64,000 bases of DNA from Eledone cirrhosa (lineage: Eukaryota), in the NCBI GenBank assembly GCA_964016885.1, contig OZ024742.1, forward strand, positions 163,928,001 through 163,992,000. The letters are read 5' to 3'. Every line of letters begins with the position of its first letter. Within the stretch, counting starts at the first letter, position 1. The position numbers and the translations under genes are program-made. The notes under the pieces are model-generated. The model was not told the DNA's origin. It ran no database searches and saw nothing but the letters and a program-made list of their open reading frames with translations. Below are positions 1 through 9,800 of this stretch, piece by piece.

Positions 1-362
1 AGGCTGGAATTTATCTCCCCTTGGACGGCTGGAAATTATCTCTCCTTGGACGGCTAGTAATTACCTCTCCTTGGACGGCTGGAAAATATGTCTCGTTGGA
101 GGGCTGGAAATTATCTCCCCTTGGACGGCTGGAAATTATCTCCCCTTGGACGGCTGGAAATTATCTCTCCTTGGACGGCTAGAAATTACTTCTCCTTGGA
201 CGGCTGAAAATTATCTCTCCTTGGACGGCTGGAAATTATCTCCCCTTGGACGGCTAGATATTACCTCCCCTTGGACGGCTGGAAATTATCTCCCCTTGAT
301 TTTTTTTACAAATTATCTCCCCCTGATTTTTTTTACAAATTATCTCCACCTGATTTTTTTAC

Positions 363-389
363 AAATTATCTCCCCCTGATTTTTTTTAC
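363..389 (+). repeat. Representative canonical monomer B (27 bp, T8 form) AAATTATCTCCCCCTGATTTTTTTTAC
   Basis: Read directly; the T-tract varies from 7 to 10, giving 26-29-bp units. Confidence 0.97.
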
Positions 390-415
390 AAATTATCTCC
401 GCCTAATTTTTTTAA

Positions 416-490
416 ATATTATCTTCCCTTGGCTGGCGGGAAATTATCTCCCCTTGGACGGCTGAAAATTATCTCCCCTTGGACGGCTGG
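416..490 (+). repeat. Representative short 3-unit A-cassette (ATATTATCTTCCCTTGGCTGGCGGG / ...GGCTGA / ...GGCTGG)
   Basis: The same three ordered variants recur throughout (for example near 1705, 4053, 4622, 5411, 6342, 6966), each preceded by a CTCCGCCT(G/A)A-T7-AA B variant. Confidence 0.93.
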
Positions 491-600
491 AAATTATCTC
501 CCCTTGATTTTTTATACAAATTATCTCCCCCTGATTTTTTTTTACAAATTATCTCCCCCTGATTTTTTTTTACAAATTATCTCCCCCTGATTTTTTTTAC

Positions 601-822
601 AAATTATCTCCCCTTGGCTGGCTGGAAATTATCTCCCCTTGGAGGCTGGAATTTATCTCCCCTTGGACGGCTAGAAATTACCTCTCCTTGGACGGCTGGA
701 AAATATGTCCTTGGACGGCTGGATATTATCTACCCTTGGACGGCTGGAAATTATCTCCCCTTGGACGGCTGGAAATTATCTCCCCTTGGACGGCTAGATA
801 TTACCTCCCCTTGGACGGCTGG
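601..822 (+). repeat. Representative long 9-unit A-cassette (222 bp)
   Basis: Ordered variants: GGCTGGCTGG, 24-bp GGAGGCTGG, AATTT...GGCTAG, AAATTACCTCTCC, AAAATATG(TC)TCC, ATATTATCTACCC, canonical, GGCTAG, ATATTACC. It recurs dozens of times and is the source of the MAGWKLSPLGGWNLSP ORFs. Confidence 0.93.
748..772 (+). repeat. Representative canonical monomer A (25 bp) AAATTATCTCCCCTTGGACGGCTGG
   Basis: Read directly; the most common GC-richer unit, with one CpG and no stop codon in any + frame. Confidence 0.97.
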
Positions 823-3292
823 AAATTATCTCCCCTTGATTTTTTTTACAAATTATCTCCCCCTGATTTTTTTTACAAATCTAATGATTTTTTAAAAAAA
901 ATTATCTCCCCTTCGCTGGCTGGAAATTATCTCCCCTTCGCTGGCTGGAAATTATCTCCCCTTGGACGCTGGAAATTATAGCCCCTTGGAGGGCTGGAAA
1001 TTATCTTCCCTTGGACGGCTGGAAATTATCTCCCCTTGGCTCGAAATTATCTCCCCTTGGACGGCTAGAAATTATCTCTCTTTGGACGGCTGGAAATTAT
1101 CTCCCTTTGATTTTTTTTACAAATTATCTCCCCCTGATTTTTTTTACAAATCTCCCCCTGATTTTTTAAAAAAAATTATCTCCCCTTCGCTGGCTGGAAA
1201 TTATCTCCCCTTGGACACTGGAAATTATAGCCCCTTGGAGGGCTGGAAATTATCTCCCCTTGGACGGCTAGAAATTACCTCTCATTGGACGGCTGAAAAT
1301 TATCTCCCCTTGGACGGCTGGAAATTATCTCCCCTTGATTTTTTTTACAAATTATCTCCCCCTGATTTTTTTTTACAAATTATCTCCCCCTGATTTTTTT
1401 TTTACAAATTATCTCCGCCTGATTTTTTTTTAAAATTATCTCTCCTTGGACGGCTGGATATTATCTCCCCTTTCATTTTTTTTACAAATTATCTCCCCCT
1501 GATTTTTTTTTACAAATTATCTTCCCCTGATTTTTTTTTACAAATTATCTACCCCTAATTTTTTTTTACAAATTATCTCCCCCTGATTTTTTTTACAAAT
1601 TATCTCCCCCTGATTTTTTTTTTACAAATTATCTCCCCCTGATTTTTTTACAAATTATCTCCCCCTGATTTTTTTTACAAATTATCTCCGCCTGATTTTT
1701 TTAAATATTATCTTCTCTTGGCTGGCGGGAAATTATCTCCCCTTGGACGGCTGAAAATTATCTCCCCTTGGACGGCTGGAAATTATCTCCCCTTGATTTT
1801 TTTTACAAATTATCTCCCCCTGATTTTTTTTTACAAATTATCTCCCCCTGATTTTTTTTTACAAATTATCTCCCCCTGATTTTTTTTTACAAATTATCTC
1901 CCCCTGATTTTTTTTACAAATTATCTCCCCCTGATTTTTTTACAAATTATCTCCCCTTGGCTGACTGGAAATTATCTCCCCTTGGAGGCTGGAATTTATC
2001 TCCCCTTGGACGGCTAGAAATTACCTCTCCTTGGACGGCTGGAAAATATGTCCTTGGACGGCTGGATATTATCTACCCTTGGACGGCTGGAAATTATCTC
2101 CCCTTGGACGGCTGGAAATTATCTCCCCTTGGACGGCTAGATATTACCTCCCCTTGGACGGCTGGAAATTATCTCCCCTTGATTTTTTTTACAAATTATC
2201 TCCCCCTGATTTTTTTTTACAAATTATCTCCCCCTGATTTTTTTTTACAAATTATCTACCCCTGATTTTTTTTTACAAATTATCTCCCCCTGATTTTTTT
2301 TACAAATTATCTCTCCCTGATTTTTTTTTACAAATTATCTCCCCCTGATTTTTTTTTACAAATTATCTCCCTCTGATTTTTTTTACAAATTATCTCCCCT
2401 TGGCTGGCTGAAAATTATCTCCCCTTGGAGGCTGGAATTTATCTCCCCTTGATTTTTTTTACAAATTATCTCCCCCTGATTTTTTTTTACAAATTATCTC
2501 CCCCTGATTTTTTTTTACAAATTATCTCCCTCTGATTTTTTTTACAAATTATCTCCCCTTGGCTGGCTGAAAATTATCTCCCCTTGGAGGCTGGAATTTA
2601 TCTCCCCTTGGACGGTTAGAAATTACCTCTCCTTGGACTGCTGGAAAATATGTCTCCTTGGACAGCTGGAAATTATCTCCCCTTGGACGGCTGGAAATTA
2701 TCTCCCCTTAGACGGCTGGAAATTATCTCTCCTCGGACGACTAGAAATTACCTCTCCTTGGACAGCTGAAAATTATCTCCCCTTGGACGGCTGGAAATTA
2801 TCTCCCCTTGATTTTTTTTACAAATTATCTCCCCCTGATTTTTTTTTACAAATTATCTCCCCCTGATTTTTTTTTACAAATTATCTCCCCCTGATTTTTT
2901 TTACAAATTATCTCCCCCTGATATTTTTTACAAATTATCTCCCCCTGATTTTTTTACAAATTATCTCCCCTTGGCTGGCTGGAAATTATCTCCCTTTGGA
3001 GGCTGGAATTTATCTCCCCTTGGACGGCTAGAAATTACCTCGCCTTGGACGGCTGGAAAAAATGTCTCCTTGGACGGCTGGAAATTATCTCCCCTTGGAC
3101 GGCTGGAAATTATCTCCCCTTGGACGGCTGGAAATTATCTCCCCTTGGACGGCTAGATATTACCTCCCCTTGGACGGCTGGAAATTATCTCCCCTTGATT
3201 TTTTTTACAAATTATCTCCCCCTGATTTTTTTTTACGAATCATCTCCCCCTGATTTTTTTTTACAAATTATCTCCGCCTGATTTTTTTTTAA

Positions 3293-3417
3293 AAATTATC
3301 TCCCCTTGAACGGCTGGAAATTATCTCCCCTTGGACGGCTGGAAATTATCTCCCCTTGGACGGCTAGAAATTACCTCTCCTTGGACGGCTGAAAATTATC
3401 TCCCCTTGGACGGCTGC
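3293..3417 (+). repeat. Representative 5-unit A-cassette starting TTGAACGG and ending GGCTGC
   Basis: Recurs near 10513, 15171, 18137, 22436, 24135, 28524, 34415, 35686, 39727, 42837, 46082, 50599, 55642 and 60159; usually followed by a T6-AAC B variant. Confidence 0.9.
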
Positions 3418-3684
3418 AAATTATCTCCCCTTGATTTTTTAACAAATTATCTCCCCCTGATTTTTTTTTACAAATTATCTCCCCCTGATTTTTTTTTACA
3501 AATTATCTACGCCTAATTTTTTTTACAAATTATCTCCCCCTGATTTTTTTTTACAAATTATCTCCTCCTGATTTTTTTTACAAATTATCTCCCCCTGATT
3601 TTTTTTTACAAATTATTTCCCCCTGATTTTTTTACAAATTATCTCCCCTCTGATTTTTTTACAATCTCCGCCTGATTTTTTTAA

Positions 3685-3891
3685 AAATTATCTTCCCTTG
3701 GCTGGCGGGAAATTATCTCCCCTTGGACGGCTGGAAATTATATCCCCTTGGACGGCTGGAAATTACCTCCCCTTGGACAGCTGGAAATTATCTGCCCTTG
3801 ATTTTGTTTTTACAAATTATCTCCCCCTGATTTTTTTTACAAATTATCTCCACCTGATTTTTTAAAAAATTATCTCCCCTTGGACGGCTGG
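3685..3891 (+). repeat. Representative 4-unit A-cassette (ATATCCCC, GGACAG, then TCTGCCCTTGATTTTGTTTTTAC) plus three B units and a solitary A unit
   Basis: The diagnostic GATTTTGTTTTTAC and the upstream shortened unit ACAATCTCCGCC recur (about 5.97, 10.9, 15.6, 18.5, 22.8, 24.5, 28.9, 30.1, 40.1, 43.2, 46.5, 51.0, 56.0, 60.5 kb). Some copies have 5-6 units including GGAAGGATGG. Confidence 0.9.
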
Positions 3892-6800
3892 AAATTATCT
3901 CCCCTTGATTTTTTTACAAATTATCTCCCCCTGATTTTTTTTACAAATTATCTCCCCCTGATTTTTTTTTTACAAATTATCTCCCCCTGATTTTTTTACA
4001 AATTATCTCCCCCTGATTTTTTTTACAAATTATCTCCGCCTGATTTTTTAAAATATTATCTTCCCTTGGCTGGCGGGAAATTATCTCCCCTTGGACGGCT
4101 GAAAATTATCTCCCCTTGGACGGCTGGAAATTATCTCCCCTTGATTTTTTTTACAAATTATCTCCCCCTGATTTTTTTTTACAAATTATCTCCCCCTGAT
4201 TTTTTTTTACAAATTATCTCCACCTGATTTTTTTTTACAAATTATCTGCCCCTGATTTTTTTAACAAATTATCTCCCCCTGATTTTTTTACAAATTATCT
4301 CCCCTTGGCTGGCTGGAAATTATCTCCCCTTGGAGGCTGGAATTTATCTCCCCTTGGACGGCTAGAAATTACCTCTCCTTGGACGGCTGGAAAATATTTC
4401 TCCTTGGACGGCTGGATATTATCTAACCTTGGACGGGTGGAAATTATCTCCCCTTGGACGGCTGGAAATTATCTCCCCTTGGACGGCTAGATATTACCTC
4501 CCCTTGGACGGCTGGAAATTATCTCCCCTTGATTTTTTTTACAAATTATCTCCCCCTGATTTTTTTACAAATTATCTCCTCCTGATTTTTTTTACAAATT
4601 ATCTCCGCCTGATTTTTTTAAATATTATCTTCTCTTGGCTGGCGGGAAATTATCTCCCCTTGGACGGCTGAAAATTATCTCCCCTTGGACGGCTGGAAAT
4701 TATCTCCCCTTGATTTTTTTTACAAATTATCTCCCCCTGATTTTTTTTTACAAATTATCTCCCCCTGATTTTTTTTTACAAATTATCTCCCCATGATTTT
4801 TTTTTACAAATTATCTCCCCCTGATTTTTTTACAAATTATCTCCCCTTAGCTGGCTGGAAATTATCTCCCCTTGGAGGCTGGAAATTATCTCCCCTTGGA
4901 CGGCTAGAAATTACCTCTCCTTGGACGGCTGGAAAATATGTCCTTGGACGGCTGGATATTATCTACCCTTGGACGGCTGGAAATTATCTCCCCTTGGACG
5001 GCTGGAAATTATCTCCCCTTGGACGGCTAGATATTAGCTCCCCTTGGACGGCTGGAAATTATCTCCCCTTGATTTTTTTTACAAATTATCTCCCCCTGAT
5101 TTTTTTTTACAAATTATCTCCCCCTGATTTTTTTTTACAAATTATCTACCCCTGATTTTTTTTTACAAATTATCTCCCCCTGATTTTTTTTACAAATTAT
5201 CTCTCCCTGATTTTTTTTTACAAATTATCTCCCCCTGATTTTTTTTTACAAATTATCTACCCCTGATTTTTTTTTACAAATTATCTCCCCCTGATTTTTT
5301 TTACAAATTATCTCCCCCTGATTTTTTTTACAAATTATCTCCCCCTGATTTTTTTACAAATTATCTCACCCCGATTTTTTTTACAAATTATCTCCGCCTA
5401 ATTTTTTTAAATATTATCTTCCCTTGGCTGGCGGGAAATTATCTCCCCTTGGACGGCTGAAAATTATCTCCCCTTGGACGGCTGGAAATTATCTCCCCTT
5501 GATTTTTTTACAAATTATCTCCCCCTGATTATTTTTTACAAATTATCTCCCCCTGATTTTTTTTTACAAATTATCTCCCTCTGATTTTTTTTACAAATTA
5601 TCTCCCCTTGGCTGGCTGGAAATTATCTCCCCTTGGAGGCTGGAATTTATCTCCCCTTGGACGGTTAGAAATTACCTCTCCTTGGACTGCTGGAAAATAT
5701 GTCTCCTTGGACGGCTGGAAATTATCTCCCCTGGGACGGCTGGAAATTATCTCCCCTTGGACGGCTGGAAATTATCTCTCCTCGGACGACTAGAAATTAC
5801 CTCTCCTTGGACAGCTGAAAATTATCTCCCCTTGGACGGCTGGAAATTATCTCCCCTTGATTTTTTTTACAAATTATCTCCCCCTGATTTTTTTTTACAA
5901 ATTATTTCCCCCTGATTTTTTTACAAATTATCTCCCCTCTGATTTTTTTACAATCTCCGCCTGATTTTTTTAAAAATTATCTTCCCTTGGCTGGCGGGAA
6001 ATTATCTCCCCTTGGACGGCTGGAAATTATATCCCCTTGGACGGCTGGAAATTACCTCCCCTTGGACAGCTGGAAATTATCTGCCCTTGATTTTGTTTTT
6101 ACAAATTATCTCCCCCTGATTTTTTTTACAAATTATCTCCACCTGATTTTTAAAAAAATTATCTCCCCTTGGACGGCTGGAAATTATCTCCCCTTGATTT
6201 TTTTACAAATTATCTCCCCCTGATTTTTTTTACAAATTATCTCCCCCTGATTTTTTTTTTACAAATTATCTCCCCCTGATTTTTTTACAAATTATCTCCC
6301 CCTGATTTTTTTTACAAATTATCTCCGCCTGATTTTTTTAAATATTATCTTCCCTTGGCTGGCGGGAAATTATCTCCCCTTGGACGGCTGAAAATTATCT
6401 CCCCTTGGACGGCTGGAAATTATCTCCCCTTGATTTTTTTTACAAATTATCTCCCCCTGATTTTTTTTTACAAATTATCTCCCCCTGATTTTTTTTTACA
6501 AATTATCTCCACCTGATTTTTTTTTACAAATTATCTGCCCCTGATTTTTTTAACAAATTATCTCCCCCTGATTTTTTTACAAATTATCTCCCCTTGGCTG
6601 GCTGGAAATTATCTCCCCTTGGAGGCTGGAATTTATCTCCCCTTGGACGGCTAGAAATTACCTCTCCTTGGACGGCTGGAAAATATTTCTCCTTGGACGG
6701 CTGGATATTATCTAACCTTGGACGGGTGGAAATTATCTCCCCTTGGACGGCTGGAAATTATCTCCCCTTGGACGGCTAGATATTACCTCCCCTTGGACGG

Positions 6801-9800
6801 CTGGAAATTATCTCCCCTTGATTTCTTTTACAAATTATCTCCCCCTGATTTTTTTTTTACAAATTATCTCCCCCTGATTTTTTTACAAATTATCTCCCCC
6901 TGATTTTTTTACAAATTATCTCCCCCTGATTTTTTTTACAAATTATCTCCGCCTGATTTTTTTAAATATTATCTTCCCTTGGCTGGCGGGAAATTATCTC
7001 CCCTTGGACGGCTGAAAATTATCTCCCCTTGGACGGCTGGAAATTATCTCCCCTTGATTTTTTTTACAAATTATCTCCCCCTGATTATTTTTTACAAATT
7101 ATCTTTCTCTGATTTTTTTTTACAAATTATCTCACCCTGATTTTTTTTACAAATTATCTCCCCCTGATTTTTTTACAAATTATCTCCCCTTGGCTGGCTG
7201 GAAATTATCTCCCCTTGGAGGCTGGAATTTATCTCCCCTTGGACGGCTGGAAATTATCTCTCCTTGGACGGCTAGTAATTACCTCTCCTTGGACGGCTGG
7301 AAAATATGTCTCGTTGGAGGGCTGGAAATTATCTCCCCTTGGACGGCTGGAAATTATCTCCCCTTGGACGGCTGGAAATTATCTCTCCTTGGACGGCTAG
7401 AAATTACTTCTCCTTGGACGGCTGAAAATTATCTCTCCTTGGACGGCTGGAAATTATCTCCCCTTGGACGGCTAGATATTACCTCCCCTTGGACGGCTGG
7501 AAATTATCTCCCCTTGATTTTTTTTACAAATTATCTCCCCCTGATTTTTTTTACAAATTATCTCCACCTGATTTTTTTACAAATTATCTCCCCCTGATTT
7601 TTTTTACAAATTATCTCCGCCTAATTTTTTTAAATATTATCTTCCCTTGGCTGGCGGGAAATTATCTCCCCTTGGACGGCTGAAAATTATCTCCCCTTGG
7701 ACGGCTGGAAATTATCTCCCCTTGATTTTTTATACAAATTATCTCCCCCTGATTTTTTTTTACAAATTATCTCCCCCTGATTTTTTTTTACAAATTATCT
7801 CCCCCTGATTTTTTTTACAAATTATCTCCCCTTGGCTGGCTGGAAATTATCTCCCCTTGGAGGCTGGAATTTATCTCCCCTTGGACGGCTAGAAATTACC
7901 TCTCCTTGGACGGCTGGAAAATATGTCCTTGGACGGCTGGATATTATCTACCCTTGGACGGCTGGAAATTATCTCCCCTTGGACGGCTGGAAATTATCTC
8001 CCCTTGGACGGCTAGATATTACCTCCCCTTGGACGGCTGGAAATTATCTCCCCTTGATTTTTTTTACAAATTATCTCCCCCTGATTTTTTTTACAAATCT
8101 AATGATTTTTTAAAAAAAATTATCTCCCCTTCGCTGGCTGGAAATTATCTCCCCTTCGCTGGCTGGAAATTATCTCCCCTTGGACGCTGGAAATTATAGC
8201 CCCTTGGAGGGCTGGAAATTATCTTCCCTTGGACGGCTGGAAATTATCTCCCCTTGGCTCGAAATTATCTCCCCTTGGACGGCTAGAAATTATCTCTCTT
8301 TGGACGGCTGGAAATTATCTCCCTTTGATTTTTTTTACAAATTATCTCCCCCTGATTTTTTTTACAAATCTCCCCCTGATTTTTAAAAAAAAATTATCTC
8401 CCCTTCGCTGGCTGGAAATTATCTCCCCTTGGACACTGGAAATTATAGCCCCTTGGAGGGCTGGAAATTATCTCCCCTTGGACGGCTAGAAATTACCTCT
8501 CATTGGACGGCTGAAAATTATCTCCCCTTGGACGGCTGGAAATTATCTCCCCTTGATTTTTTTTACAAATTATCTCCCCCTGATTTTTTTTTACAAATTA
8601 TCTCCCCCTGATTTTTTTTTTACAAATTATCTCCGCCTGATTTTTTTTTTAAAATTATCTCTCCTTGGACGGCTGGATATTATCTCCCCTTTCATTTTTT
8701 TTACAAATTATCTCCCCCTGATTTTTTTTTACAAATTATCTTCCCCTGATTTTTTTTTACAAATTATCTACCCCTAATTTTTTTTTACAAATTATCTCCC
8801 CCTGATTTTTTTTACAAATTATCTCCCCCTGATTTTTTTTTTACAAATTATCTCCCCCTGATTTTTTTACAAATTATCTCCCCCTGATTTTTTTTACAAA
8901 TTATCTCCGCCTGATTTTTTTAAATATTATCTTCTCTTGGCTGGCGGGAAATTATCTCCCCTTGGACGGCTGAAAATTATCTCCCCTTGGACGGCTGGAA
9001 ATTATCTCCCCTTGATTTTTTTTACAAATTATCTCCCCCTGATTTTTTTTTACAAATTATCTCCCCCTGATTTTTTTTTACAAATTATCTCCCCCTGATT
9101 TTTTTTTACAAATTATCTCCCCCTGATTTTTTTTACAAATTATCTCCCCCTGATTTTTTTACAAATTATCTCCCCTTGGCTGACTGGAAATTATCTCCCC
9201 TTGGAGGCTGGAATTTATCTCCCCTTGGACGGCTAGAAATTACCTCTCCTTGGACGGCTGGAAAATATGTCCTTGGACGGCTGGATATTATCTACCCTTG
9301 GACGGCTGGAAATTATCTCCCCTTGGACGGCTGGAAATTATCTCCCCTTGGACGGCTAGATATTACCTCCCCTTGGACGGCTGGAAATTATCTCCCCTTG
9401 ATTTTTTTTACAAATTATCTCCCCCTGATTTTTTTTTACAAATTATCTCCCCCTGATTTTTTTTTACAAATTATCTACCCCTGATTTTTTTTTACAAATT
9501 ATCTCCCCCTGATTTTTTTTACAAATTATCTCTCCCTGATTTTTTTTTACAAATTATCTCCCCCTGATTTTTTTTTACAAATTATCTCCCTCTGATTTTT
9601 TTTACAAATTATCTCCCCTTGGCTGGCTGAAAATTATCTCCCCTTGGAGGCTGGAATTTATCTCCCCTTGATTTTTTTTACAAATTATCTCCCCCTGATT
9701 TTTTTTTACAAATTATCTCCCCCTGATTTTTTTTTACAAATTATCTCCCTCTGATTTTTTTTACAAATTATCTCCCCTTGGCTGGCTGAAAATTATCTCC

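Noticed and set aside
363-415. T-tracts as intrinsic terminators or -1 frameshift slippery sites (TTTTTTA)
   Set aside because: There is no GC-rich hairpin immediately upstream, and no gene or credible ORF context.
432-439. Chi-like octamers GCTGGCGG / GCTGGCTG
   Set aside because: They are not the exact E. coli Chi GCTGGTGG, and nothing indicates a RecBCD-bearing host.
746-760. NF-kB-like site GGAAATTATCTCCCC
   Set aside because: Half-site spacing does not fit GGGRNWYYCC; the resemblance is superficial.
1781-1945. Phased A-tract macroscopic DNA curvature (kinetoplast-like bend)
   Set aside because: T-tract spacing of 26-29 bp is about 2.5-2.7 helical turns, so successive bends would largely cancel rather than add.
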